Assembly: GCA_002269645.1 (NCBI GenBank)
Contig: NIVC01004407.1
Location: forward strand, 23,677 to 87,676
DNA length: 64,000 nucleotides
DNA from: Macrostomum lignano
Lineage: Eukaryota
Direction of reading: 5' to 3'
This document shows, in pieces, positions 23,257 through 34,650 of this stretch. The notes under the pieces are model-generated. The model was not told the origin of the DNA, did no database searches, and worked only from the letters and a program-made list of their open reading frames with translations. How positions within the stretch are numbered: position 1 is the stretch's first letter; the number at the start of each line of letters is the position of its first letter. The translations under genes and the position numbers were made by a program.

Positions 23257-24178
23257 NNNNNNNNNNNNNNNNNNNNNNNNNNNNNNNNNNNNNNNNNNNN
23301 NNNNNNNNNNNNNNNNNNNNNNNNNNNNNNNNNNNNNNNNNNNNNNNNNNNNNNNNNNNNNNNNNNNNNNNNNNNNNNNNNNNNNNNNNNNNNNNNNNNN
23401 NNNNNNNNNNNNNNNNNNNNNNNNNNNNNNNNNNNNNNNNNNNNNNNNNNNNNNNNNNNNNNNNNNNNNNNNNNNNNNNNNNNNNNNNNNNNNNNNNNNN
23501 NNNNNNNNNNNNNNNNNNNNNNNNNNNNNNNNNNNNNNNNNNNNNNNNNNNNNNNNNNNNNNNNNNNNNNNNNNNNNNNNNNNNNNNNNNNNNNNNNNNN
23601 NNNNNNNNNNNNNNNNNNNNNNNNNNNNNNNNNNNNNNNNNNNNNNNNNNNNNNNNNNNNNNNNNNNNNNNNNNNNNNNNNNNNNNNNNNNNNNNNNNNN
23701 NNNNNNNNNNNNNNNNNNNNNNNNNNNNNNNNNNNNNNNNNNNNNNNNNNNNNNNNNNNNNNNNNNNNNNNNNNNNNNNNNNNNNNNNNNNNNNNNNNNN
23801 NNNNNNNNNNNNNNNNNNNNNNNNNNNNNNNNNNNNNNNNNNNNNNNNNNNNNNNNNNNNNNNNNNNNNNNNNNNNNNNNNNNNNNNNNNNNNNNNNNNN
23901 NNNNNNNNNNNNNNNNNNNNNNNNNNNNNNNNNNNNNNNNNNNNNNNNNNNNNNNNNNNNNNNNNNNNNNNNNNNNNNNNNNNNNNNNNNNNNNNNNNNN
24001 NNNNNNNNNNNNNNNNNNNNNNNNNNNNNNNNNNNNNNNNNNNNNNNNNNNNNNNNNNNNNNNNNNNNNNNNNNNNNNNNNNNNNNNNNNNNNNNNNNNN
24101 NNNNNNNNNNNNNNNNNNNNNNNNNNNNNNNNNNNNNNNNNNNNNNNNNNNNNNNNNNNNNNNNNNNNNNNNNNNNNN
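23257..24178. other. Assembly gap (922 N)
   Basis: Direct reading. Confidence 1.
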
Positions 24179-24510
24179 ATTGTACTTTAGACTGGTATCT
24201 TAACCATTGTACTTTAGTCTGGCATCTAAAACTATTGTACTTTAGTCTGGCATCTAAAACTATTGTACTTTAGTCTGTATCTTAACCATTGTAATTTAGT
24301 CTGGCATCTAAAACTATTGTACTTTAGTCTGGCATCTTAACCATTGTACTTTAGTCTGGTATCTAAAACTATTGTACTTTAGTCTGGCATCTTAACCATT
24401 GTACTTTAGTCTGGTATCTAAAACTATTGTACTATAGTCTGGCATCTTAACCATTGTACTTTAGTCTGGCATCTTAACCATTGTACTTTAGTCTGGTATT
24501 TTAACCAGTG
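24179..24510. repeat. 27/28-bp minisatellite, SLC5 intron 12 (copy A)
   Basis: ttgtactttagtctggtatcttaacca / ...ctaaaacta. Confidence 0.93.
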
Positions 24511-24774
24511 CACTTACATATTTATTAACGAACGGGAACAGAACTCCCATTGAAAACAGTCCAAGCAATGGGGCCACAAACGAACCAGTGAAAGCAAGCG
24601 ATGCCTGAAGCACCGTTCCACCGAATCGAGTCGAAATTAGGCCCATTAATACCGCTGAGACTCCATAGCACACGACTGAAACAGATATAATAGCGGAAAT
24701 ATTGGTCGGAAAGCAGTACGTTGCAGCCAGCTTCCAACAGCAGTCACAGAGACATCTGTAGTTTTCGGCTGTGT

Positions 24775-25748
24775 CAGCTGGCGCCTTTCTGTAGCTAGCG
24801 CCTCCCTCTGTAGCTAGCGCCTCCCCTCTGTAGCTGGCGCCCCCTCTGCAGCTGGCGCCTTTCTGTAGCTAGCACCTTCCCTCTGCAGCTAGCGCCTCCC
24901 CTCTGCAGCTAGCACCTCCCCTCTGTAGCTAGCGCCTCCCCTCTGTAGCTGGCACCCCCTCTGCAGCTGGCGCCTTTCTGTAGCTAGCGCCTCCCCTCTG
25001 TAGCTAGCGCCTCCCCTCTGCAGCTAGCGCCTCCCCTCTGTAGCTGGCGCCTCCCCTCTGTAGCTAGCGCCTCCCCTCTGTAGCTAGCGCCTCCCCTCTG
25101 TAGCTAGCGCCTTCCTCTGTAGCTGGCCCCCTCTGTAGCTGGCGCCCCCTCTGCAGCTAGCGCCTCCCCTCTGTAGCTAGCGCCTTCCCTCTGTAGCTGG
25201 CGCCCCCTCTGCAGCTAGCGCCTCCCCTCTGTAGCTAGCGCCTTCCCTCTGTAGCTGGCGCCCCCTCTGTAGCTGGCGCCCCCTCTGCAGCTAGCGCCTC
25301 CCCTCTGTAGCTAGCGCCTTCCCTCTGTAGCTGGCGCCCCTCTGCAGCTAGCGCCTCCCCTCTGTAGCTAGCGCCTTCCCTCTGTAGCTGGCGCCCCCTC
25401 TGTAGCTGGCGCCCCTCTGCAGCTAGCACCTCCCCTCTGCAGCTAGCGCCTCCCCTCTGTAGCTGGCGCCTCCCCTCTGTAGCTGGCGCCCCTCTGCAGC
25501 TAGCGCCTCCCTTCTGCAGCTAGCGCCTCCCCTCTGTAGCTGGCGCCCCCTCTGTAGCTGGCGCCCCCTCTGCAGCTAGAGCCCCCCCCTCTGTAGCTAG
25601 CGCCTCCCTCTGTAGCTGGCGCCTCCCCTCTGCAGCTAGAGCCCCCCTCTGCAGCTAGAGCCCCCCTCTGCAGCTAGAGCCCCCCTCTGCAGCTAGCGCC
25701 TCCCCTCTGTAGCTGGCGCCCCTCTGCAGCTGGCGCCCCCTCTGCAGA
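24775..25748. repeat. ~20-bp minisatellite, SLC5 intron 11 (copy A)
   Basis: ctgtagctagcgcctcccct and variants. Confidence 0.95.
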
Positions 25749-26480
25749 TGTAGTTTCAGCAAAGAAACTGAAGCTATTTAATTTTTTCCAACCGGGGAAA
25801 GAGCCGAAATTTTAAAGTATTTCGCGTGCATTTTTTGTTTTGCCTGCCTAATTGATGTTCATATTCAATATTCAATTCAATTGGGAAATATTCAAAGTTT
25901 TTATTTTCTGCATCCCTCGTTTTGGTTCCTGATTGAAACCTAAGTTGAAAATTAAAAATTGTTTTAAAAAATTAGACAGCCGTTTTTGGCTTTTTTGCTA
26001 CGACTAGCTGAATGAATTGGAGGACAAATCGCTATTCAGTCAGGGAAAGGGATTACAGCCCATAACTCTAGCAGTAAGCACAGCAGTCTCTTACTAAACA
26101 GGCGGTTGATCCACGTAGCTTTAGCCTCGTAGCGTTCAGGCACCAGTAGGGCTTGAAAAAATCTTCCCATGTTGTGGCAGCCAGCGCGCTCAAGGATGAC
26201 GATACCGAACTGCAACACAATGGCATCAGCAGCATTCAATGCCTAATGTTTAATGGGTGAAACTGAAAGGGAGAAAAAGCATTTAGTTTCAAGAGCTGCT
26301 CACACAAGAACCCTTCCTTACCTCAGGGCTCCGGCGAATAGCGAAGCGATGAATAGGCCAGGAACCACTGGTATGCTGAGGTTTTCCATCACATAGAATG
26401 GAACGATCTGTACTGAAAAAACACACGCGATCATGTTAATATGCTAAATACATATATGCTCGTATATATTATGAAGTTTA

Positions 26481-26859
26481 TTGTTGCTTTTGTATTAAAG
26501 ACAGTGCTGCGTGCACCCTGGCGCACTTTAAGCGACATTGTCACACAACCGGCGAGAGGCATCACTGCCCATTCCGCCGACTCCCCTGAGCAGGCACACA
26601 AGCGTGCGGATACGTACGCAGTCATACGCACAGGCACACACTCACACAGGAGTGCACAGCGGCCCTAACTTTATTTATCGTTAGGCATGTACACTTCACT
26701 GTGCCTTGGGGTTGGCCCTCAAGCTGGGCGTTAATTGCACGAGCAGAGCCAAGCCGAGATTCCAATTTAGCCGCAAATTAATGCGACTGCACTTGGAATC
26801 GAGCCTGGGTCGCTGGCACATCAGAGCGCCGCGCCAGACCACTGGGCTACGGCCCCCCC
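26481..26859 (-). mobile_element. tRNA-derived SINE, full length, in SLC5 intron 9 (copy A)
   Basis: The reverse complement begins GGGGGCCGTAGCCCAGTGG (A box), has GGCTCGATTCC (B box) and an A-rich tail, and aligns end to end with the SINE at 38591-38951. Confidence 0.85.
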
Positions 26860-27165
26860 GCACATGTACCATGCCTAAAAATCATAAAAAGGCTACAGCC
26901 CCCCCGCACATGTACCATGCCTAAAAATCATAAAAAAGGCTACGGCCCCCCGCACATGTACCATGCCTAAAAATCATAAAAAAGGCTACGGCCCCCCGCA
27001 CATGTACCATGCCTAAAAATCATAAAAAAGGCTACGGCCCCCCGCACATGTACCATGCCTAAAAATCATAAAAAGGCTACAGCCCCCCCGCACATGTACC
27101 TTGCCTAAAAATCATAAAAAAGGCTACGGCCCCCCCCCGCACATGTACCATGCCTAAAAATCATA
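26845..27165. repeat. ~46-bp minisatellite (7 copies) made of the SINE 5' end plus flanking host DNA
   Basis: Unit ggctacggccccc-ccgcacatgtaccatgcctaaaaatcataaaaaa; the first 13 nt are the reverse complement of the SINE head. Confidence 0.92.
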
Positions 27166-28133
27166 AGAAATAAGACAACTCGACTGATTTCAAGATTCGG
27201 GGCCAAAGCTCACATGTGAACTGCTGTTTAGATTCAACCAGTAGATGTATAAACTTAGAGCCCTGAGTCGATCTTGTGACAATGGTCCGTCTAGTGGTAA
27301 TAAAAGTAAGAAAGTGGCCACTAGGGTTGGTCCAAAAATCAACAATTTCTCTAGTTTCATACTGCTACATCTTCATTTCTATTTCTATGTTGTATACTTT
27401 TTCATCCCATATTTCTGTTGCCACCCAAAGCAGTTGAAGGTTTCAAACAACTGTAAACTTTGCTGAACTTTGCAGCATGCACTTCAGGTGCTGATTTTTC
27501 GTTTTCAGTCTTTACAGCACCAAATTCTTCCCAACGACAAATGGAGCAAGTAATCCTGTACAGTACGTGTGTTCTGTTCGATGCTGTTGTTGGTTCACTA
27601 TAGTTGATCTGTGTCTGTAAATTGCTCGACTTGCCCCCTGTGAACACTAAAGCCATGCAGTTATTTTCATAGTAAAAAAGCTAGCATTGTTGGACCTGGT
27701 TCGAATCCTCGATCCAGCCAGCCGCGCTGGGGTCGCAGGCGACGTTAGCGTAATATGCGAAAATGATCAGACCCGCCAGGCACGAGGACACCACGAAGAA
27801 TATGGCGCCGAGAGAGACCAGAACGACTGACCTGTGCACAGGGTTTTAAGTAAGTTTTGTTATATTTTGTACTTAAATCTAGTCTTTTTTTCTCCTATGC
27901 ATAAGCTTTACGTAAAGTTTACAAATTTAGCTCAAGGACCACTACTAGCAGTATAATCAAAGATGGTATAACTTTTTTGGGGCCAAAAAGATGAAGATGA
28001 TACGAGAGCACAGATTATTTTTTTCCTATTTCTGCAGTGTATTCTTTGACGTAAATTGGCCTTTAAAAAGTACACGATCTGTGAGTGTAGCGTGCTGGTA
28101 TACTGCTAGTGGTCTATGATTAGCTGAAATTGA

Positions 28134-28288
28134 TGTACAGCGGCCCGGACTTTCTAATCGTCAGGCTGTACACTTCACTGTGACCTGGGGGTGGCTCTCA
28201 GAGCTGTGCATCGCACCACAACCAGGGCTAGGGCTAGGTGTCATAGCGCGACAGTCAGAGACGCGTTTACTGCTGGGCTGCTGTGCCC
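28134..28288 (-). mobile_element. Older, diverged SINE relative sharing the central domain (also at ~47757-47905)
   Basis: acagcggccc..atcgt.aggc.gtacacttcactgtg..tgggg.tggc.ctca matches the SINE core; degenerate tRNA-like head gggcacagcagcccagcagt on the minus strand. Confidence 0.6.
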
Positions 28289-28644
28289 TTCCCGCTACGC
28301 CTAGCCCATGTCTATGGCCCAAATCACAACACAATGAAGAAGTCATAAAATTGGCCACATTTACAATTGAGCCTGCCGCATAGTTTTCACTGAGCAGTAC
28401 CGCTGCACGGAGGCTTGAAACACGCCGAATGTGCTGGAGTAGGCGATGCCGTTGCCAACCACAAGACCCCAGACTGTGTGACGAACTCGTGGATCTAAGC
28501 TGAAGCTAAAAAATGATGAAGAGAGTGCACATACGCTATAGAACAAGCGGCCCGCAAAGCCTCTCTATCCGGCCCTCGAGTCCTTTGAAACTTCACAATA
28601 ACAATGCGGCCTGCTCAGGGATTGCGTCTCTTCTCAGCTCTTGC

Positions 28645-29005
28645 TCCTCTCCTCTCCTCTCCTCTCCTCTGCTCTCCTCTCCTCTCCTCTCCTCTCCTCT
28701 CCTCTTCTCTCCTCTCCTCTTCTCTCCTCTCCTCTCCTCTCCTCTCCTCTCCTCTCCTCTCCTCTCCTCTCCTCTCCTCTTCTCTCCTCTCCTCTTCTCT
28801 CCTCTCCTCTTCTCTCCTCTCCTCTTCTCTCCTCTCTCTCTCCTCTCCTCTCCTCTCCTCTCCTCTCCTCTCTCCTCCTCTCCTCTCCTCTCCTCTCCTC
28901 TCCTCTCCTCTCCAATCATCTCCTCTCTCCTACCCCCTCTCCTCTTATCTCTCCTCTCCTCTCTCCTCTCCTCTCTCCTCTACTCTCCACTCTCCTCTCC
29001 CCTCA
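28645..29005. repeat. (CTCCT)n polypyrimidine pentanucleotide tract, SLC5 intron 7 (copy A)
   Basis: Direct reading. Confidence 0.97.
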
Positions 29006-30054
29006 CATGCAATACGTAGTAAAAAGTAGCTTTTAAGATTTGACATCGACATACTTACAAAAACGACGTGTATCCCATTCCATACAGTTGCCTATATTGC
29101 TTTAGTAACCAGAGGGGGGGGGGTCGGCACTGAGGGGACAGGCGGACATGTCCCCCCAGTAAAAGCTTTGGGGTGGACATACCTATGCTTTGCCCTGCAC
29201 TGCCCCACCTAGTTACCCTGCCTGCGGCACCAAAATGAGTGCCTGCTGCCTCGCCAAAAACGACACCCCTTTTAGCGACAATTTCATAATTAGTCAGCGC
29301 AACTGAAGGTATAAAAACAACACTATCGATACTCACTTGTCGAACTCGATGCGACCATATTTATACGATATCTGCCACACATTTCCAATGCCACCCAGGT
29401 CAATGAGTCCCTGTAACAGAAATTAATTGTAAACTATGTAATACAAGATCAAGTTCAAGCATTTTGTTTGATTGAAACTTTCCTATAGTAAACTTTTAAC
29501 TCACCCGAATAATGATAGCCAAAATTCCTGCCGTCATGACTACCGATTGAAATACATCAGTCCAGATCACAGCCTTGAGCCCGCCCTGATTGAAACGGCA
29601 CAAAGTGAATATTAGAACTTTTTGGAATAGCGGATTTACTAATAGTGATAATGTGCAACACATATTTACACTCTCTGCGGTGGGGGGAGAGGTTGCCCCT
29701 CAGGGCGTGAATCGCATGACAACAAAGAGTCTATTAAATCTTCTTTAAATCTTCTTTAAATCTTCTTTAAACAGTGCAAGATTCGTCTGCGTCAGCTATT
29801 CATAAAAAAATAATAAAAATTAACGATAGCGGTTATGACAGAAGTATGCATGTAGAATTACTCGTGTAGTCACTAACCCAGGCTGTGTAGAAAGTGCAGA
29901 TCACACCGCTCACGGCGATTGACGCTTCAACAGGGATGGCACCGTTGGAAACTAAAAGTGTTTAACGGATTGCAAAATTATGAATGTCAATATCCATATT
30001 TCAATTAAGGTAACAAAAGTATAAGGCTACTACACATAGAAGACAGGGGAATGG

Positions 30055-30390
30055 CCGCCAACGAAGAGACAGGGGCGCCAACCGAGAGACAGGGGCGCCA
30101 ACCGAGAGACAGGGGCGCCAACCGAGAGACAGGGGCGCCAACCGAGAGACAGGGGCGCCAACCGAGAGATAGGGGCGCCAACCGAGAGATAGGGGCGCCA
30201 ACCGAGAGACAGGGGCGCCAACCGAGAGACAGGGGCGCCAACCGAGAGACAGGGGCGCCAACCGAGAGACAGGGGCGCCAACCGAGAGACAGGGGCGCCC
30301 ACCAAGAGCCAGGGGTGCCCACCAAGAGACAGGGGCGCCCTCCAAGAGACAGGGGCGCCCACCAAGAGACAGGGGCGCCCACCAAAGCAC
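30055..30390. repeat. 20-bp minisatellite, SLC5 intron 4 (copy A)
   Basis: ccaaccgagagacaggggcg. Confidence 0.95.
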
Positions 30391-30917
30391 CAAATAGTGG
30401 CGCCCCTAATGATTGCTACCCCCTACAATAAATAAAAGTTCCCGTGTACACACCAGTTAAAAAGTTGAAAGGGTGAGATATTAGGACTTCAGTTCTATTA
30501 AGCTGAGAAATTACCATCAATCCCTACGCTATCAAGCTAATGCATTTTTTCAACGATAAACGACCTACAGTGAAATTTTGCCTAATTTGCAAGTGCAGCA
30601 CCTTTATTGACTTAAACAGATGCCTGCATTTCACAATGCGACTTACCATACTGCAAGGCAGTGGCTGGAGCGTACAATGCAATTCCCATGTAGATCACCT
30701 GTAAGTTTTTGTCCAATCAGATAAATCTATATCAGGTAATAAAGTGTACGTTTAAGATCACAGGCACCTATAAGTTTTAGTAAAAGCCACTATATACTCA
30801 CGTTATTAATTAGAAGCAGGAAATTTCCCATCAGTCGAACAAGACGAGACTTGAATCTCAGCTCGAGATACTGCAATGAAATTACAAAAATTCTTGATGA
30901 ATGCTTGGCTAGAAAAA

Positions 30918-31310
30918 CTAACGACAGTCCCGTGACGTCAGCTATACTGAAAACTCTTAACGACAGTCCCGTGACGTCAGCTATACTGAAAACTCTTAAC
31001 GACAGTCCCGTGACGTCAGCTATACTGAAAACTCTTAGCGACAGTCCCGTGACGTCAGCTATACAGAAAACTCTTAGCGACAGTCCCGTGACGTCAGCTA
31101 CAGAAAACTCTTAACGACAGTCCCGTGACGTCAGCTACAGAAAACTCTTAACGACAGTCCCGTGACGTCAGCTACAGAAAACTCTTAACGACAGTCCCGT
31201 GACGTCAGCTACAGAAAACTCTTTACGACAGTCCCGTGACGTCAGCTACAGAAAACTCTTTACGACAGTCCCGTGACGTCAGCTACAAAAACTCTTTACG
31301 ACAGTCCTGT
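30918..31310. repeat. 37-39-bp minisatellite with 10 perfect TGACGTCA (CRE) palindromes, SLC5 intron 2 (copy A)
   Basis: aacgacagtcccgTGACGTCAgctacagaaaactctt. Confidence 0.95.
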
Positions 31311-32088
31311 GATGTTATAATTATATATTGTAAGGTCTAACTTTTGTGAACTTTTTGCAGTTTTTGATCTCGTTAATAAATGAATTTTTAGCCATAACTT
31401 CTTGTGGTTGCACCGCAATCGGCAAGGGCTACAGTTTCTCACCTCGAACGAGCTCGTCAGTCGCAGCTGATAAAACACCGGCACGAATATCAGAGCCGCC
31501 AGAACGCAGCCGATCTGCTCGCCAAATATTGACAGCACGTACATTGTGCCGTTGAAGTAGATCTCGGCTGGACCCCCGAGGATTAGTATGGCCGAGTTGA
31601 ACGACACCAACAGTGACAGGGCCACTGGGATCACCTGCTGCTTGCGGCCGCCCATTACGAATTCTTCTTTTTCGTCCGAGCCGGCGCTGCCATCTTCTGC
31701 GTTGCCTGTGTAAATATAAGTAAGTAAGTAGTAGAGTTTACTGACATTTCCGCCCAAGATTGTTTCACGAAAGAGAACTTTTTACTGAGGAGTTTGGTAG
31801 TTGCATGCTGCCAGCAGTCTTCCTACTGTTCTAATAACCATATTATGTAAGACTAAAGCATTAGGACAGTAATCCGAAATACTTAATATTTTAAGAATGT
31901 TCAATAATAAACGGACATTCAATAGTTTCAAAAAGCCCAACTGCTCTATAGTTGTATAGCAACTTTCAAATTCCTTATCTATTCCCAATAACTAGGTCAA
32001 CATTTCCCACGCTTTAACTACTCCTAGTAGGGTAAAAGCTAAAAGTAGGGTAATCTACTTAGCAATCTGCCTTATCACGTTTTAAACT

Positions 32089-32278
32089 TAATGTCAACTT
32101 AAGCTCATAAAAAGTGGAGTCTGAGTAATTTATATACACAAATGGTACATCATTCTGCTCACAGTGACACCAGGAATGTGGATTAGTAAAAAAGTGACAA
32201 AAATTGGACCTGGGATAGGAGAGAACAAGCAAGGAAATACTTAGGGACTCTACCTTATATGAGCTTAAGTTTACATAA
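32089..32278. mobile_element. MITE-like insertion (~185 bp, ~30-bp imperfect TIRs, TAA on both sides), present in copy A only
   Basis: Left tgtcaacttaagctcataaaaagtggagtc; right gactctaccttatatgagcttaagtttaca. Copy B at ~52885 reads aaact|ttgtc with no insert. Confidence 0.65.
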
Positions 32279-32564
32279 TTGTCCCTAATTATCATCTTGC
32301 TTGTAAAAGGGCCTCCCCTTTTAATTAAATACGTCGAAAAATAACGCTAACGGAATAAGTAAACAGAAAGAGAGGAGGTCAAGAGAGAACTAAAGCCTTT
32401 CAAAACGACTTACGTTTGCTTTAATGTTAATCAAATAGTTATTATATAAAACAGAAAATACTAATTAAAAAAATTACTTTACTACTTTTGCTAGTAGTGA
32501 GTTTCGAATACTAAAGACCCAAAAAAAGCTCGAAAAAGTGCATATTAAGAACCATTGATCAAGG

Positions 32565-32735
32565 AAACAATTGATCGAGAAAACTACCGATTGAGGAAAC
32601 TACCGATTGAGAAAACTACCGATTGAGGAAACTACCGATCGAGGAAACTATCGATCGAAGAAACTAACCGATCGAAGAAACTACCAAGAGAAAAAGCTAC
32701 AGATCAGGAAACTACCGATCGAGGAAACTACCAAT
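32565..32735. repeat. 16-bp minisatellite, SLC5 intron 1 (copy A)
   Basis: aggaaactaccgatcg variants. Confidence 0.85.
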
Positions 32736-33679
32736 CCATAAATTGCATCTTCGGACTATATATGTACGTACATTTACAATCTACATCACAGCTGCAGTAC
32801 CTTTTCGTCGTCCTATAAAGCTTGCTACAATCCCGACCGCCAGTGAAGCGGCCAGAAAGACGCCCAGAACCACGTAGTCGACAGGTGAAAACTGATTATT
32901 AGTCTGCTGGTGCTTGGTGAAAGCTCCAGCCCCTTGACGAGATCCCGGTAGAGAGCTCCACAGAGCTTGCGGCACCAGGTTTGACTGCCACAATGGATTG
33001 TTCATTTTGTTGAAGAGTTTCCTCGGTCAGACCAATAAACGGTAATCGAATGTTGAAAAAGAAATTTGAGAAAAGTTAAATATTTTATTGAAATGGCTTT
33101 AACTACTTACTTAGGCTTCTCTTATCACTTCTTTATTTCACTTTTTTAACACAAACCGTTCTATAAAGCGTCTACACCATATGCGCAGTTAGTTTAGAGA
33201 TTGATAAAGTACGATACAGATAGCTCGTCAAAAAAAGCTAACGCGTGCAAGGCAAATCAGTGTTTAAAAACTTTCTGAATTTCTGAGGACACACTTTTCT
33301 TTTCTAAAGAAAATGAAAAAGCAATACCTTGCGTTGTTACCTGCACTTTTAACACAGTCGCTGCAGCAGGATATGAACAGACATTTTTTTTCTTCAACTG
33401 TAAACTGTAAAAAATTGAAATCCTTAAGGTTTCTCTGCCGTATAAGAAGAGTGAGTTAAAGTGACGCAAAAGTATATGCCGTAATCTGCAGTCGGTCATT
33501 GCTGAAAAAGGCAAAAACCTCTCCTTAAAGAATTGTGTCTCTTTTATAGAAATTTTATCGGAACCGAGGGTAGCATCCTAGATCTCTAATAGCTACTTTT
33601 GGTTTACCAAGATTTAATAAAAAGTATGTCTAAAAATAGTTTCTTATTCTTGCGCATACAATTCGAATTCGCGGGTTGT

Positions 33680-34650
33680 TCAAACAGAAGCAGCCACCAT
33701 GCATTCAAAAGTCTTCATTGAGTAGTAGTGGTTCAGCGGATAGCCAATGCCTGGGGAAGAGAACGTAAGTCCGTCGGCCCACAACGGCTCAGACAAGTAA
33801 AAAGCTGCTGGAGGCGTGAAGTACCGACCGTTCGGGTTGAAGCAGTGACAACTGCAGTACCACCAGGCTCCTTGGTAGGTGACTGCGCAGTTACTGGACC
33901 ATGTGTCTTGATCCTTATCCTGTGTGCTGAACATCGCATTGTTCATGTAGGCACCAACGGTATGACTGCAAGTTGCAACATTCGACCGACTGACATCAGG
34001 CTCTCCGACGCTGACTCGGTATCCTTGACTGGCGTCCTGCACGGCGAAGTTAGCGTCCTCCCACCAGTAGCGAGTGCCGTTCCAGTCGCCCGGCTCCCAC
34101 CTCACGCGCCTGTCTCCGGCTCGAGTGAGCTGGTGGATCGCTTCCAGACCCATCCAGTAGTTTCTGTCCTCGCCCTGTCCGAACTCAGTCAAGTAGTTTG
34201 TCCAGTTCCGGTAGAAATCTACCGAGCCGTCCACTCGGTGCTGGAAGGTTCGCCAGCAGGTTCGTCCGAGCTCGTCCAGCTGTCTCACCTGTAATATCAC
34301 GGTTAGCCAAATGCATAACGATTGCAACAGACATTGGAATAAAAATGGATCGCACGGTGAGCACCTACCAGCAGCAGAGGCAGAGTCGAGTTTCTCGCAT
34401 TGCGGCACTTTCTGCATCCGCTCGTTCCAAGCTGGCAGCTGTACAATCGACAAGTGTACCGCTCGCGATCGAACTTAATCGCTTGGTGCTGCGGTCTAGC
34501 GAGAGTCGCGCACTCCAAGTCGCTCCGCACGCCAGCCACCGAGCTGTCAAGCTTGTACTCGCTCAGGTCGTCTCTCTGCACGGTCCAGTTGAGCTGCGAC
34601 GAAGCAGTTCTACACAGCAGAGTGATTACTACAAGAAGTTCAGCATTCAT
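33680..34650 (-). CDS. FReD1: secreted fibrinogen-related domain protein, 296 aa; exons 34650-34369, 34288-33680
   Basis: Signal peptide, then a Cys-containing PAN/apple-like segment, then FQHRVDGSVDFYRNW, YWMGLEAIHQLT, FSTQDKDQD, NCA...GAWWY..CH..NPNG. The GTAGGT..TACAG intron is 80 nt, phase 0. Confidence 0.9.

Larger units (their letters stand above)
24518..33005 (-). pseudogene. SLC5 sodium:solute symporter (SMVT/SMCT-like) copy A, frameshifted; exons 33005-32801, 31705-31443, 30870-30802, 30698-30647, 29951-29878, 29585-29505, 29410-29337, 28505-28365, 27831-27696, 26407-26322, 26209-26095, 24675-24518; last three exons not seen (gap)
   Basis: SSF motifs YLELRF, GGLKAVIWTDVFQ and SVQRY are present. 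Exon 11 is 115 nt vs 116 nt in copy B (gcctcgtag vs gcctcggtag at ~26129). There are also radical changes (GVSQA to GVFQA; FGAP to FVAP). The 1-nt loss could be a consensus error. Confidence 0.8.

Noticed and set aside
23250-24203. 317-aa ORF
   Set aside because: Artefact of the N gap.
27245-27656. ORFs 'conserved' in both duplicate copies (27245-27466/46871-47092; 27402-27656/47028-47282)
   Set aside because: Intronic sequence whose conservation is explained by the recent duplication.
28224-28240. GGGCTAGGGCTAGG telomere-like motif
   Set aside because: Only two units, inside a decayed SINE head.
30918-31310. 37-bp palindromic repeat as a CRISPR array
   Set aside because: Units are head-to-tail with no spacers and lie in an intron.
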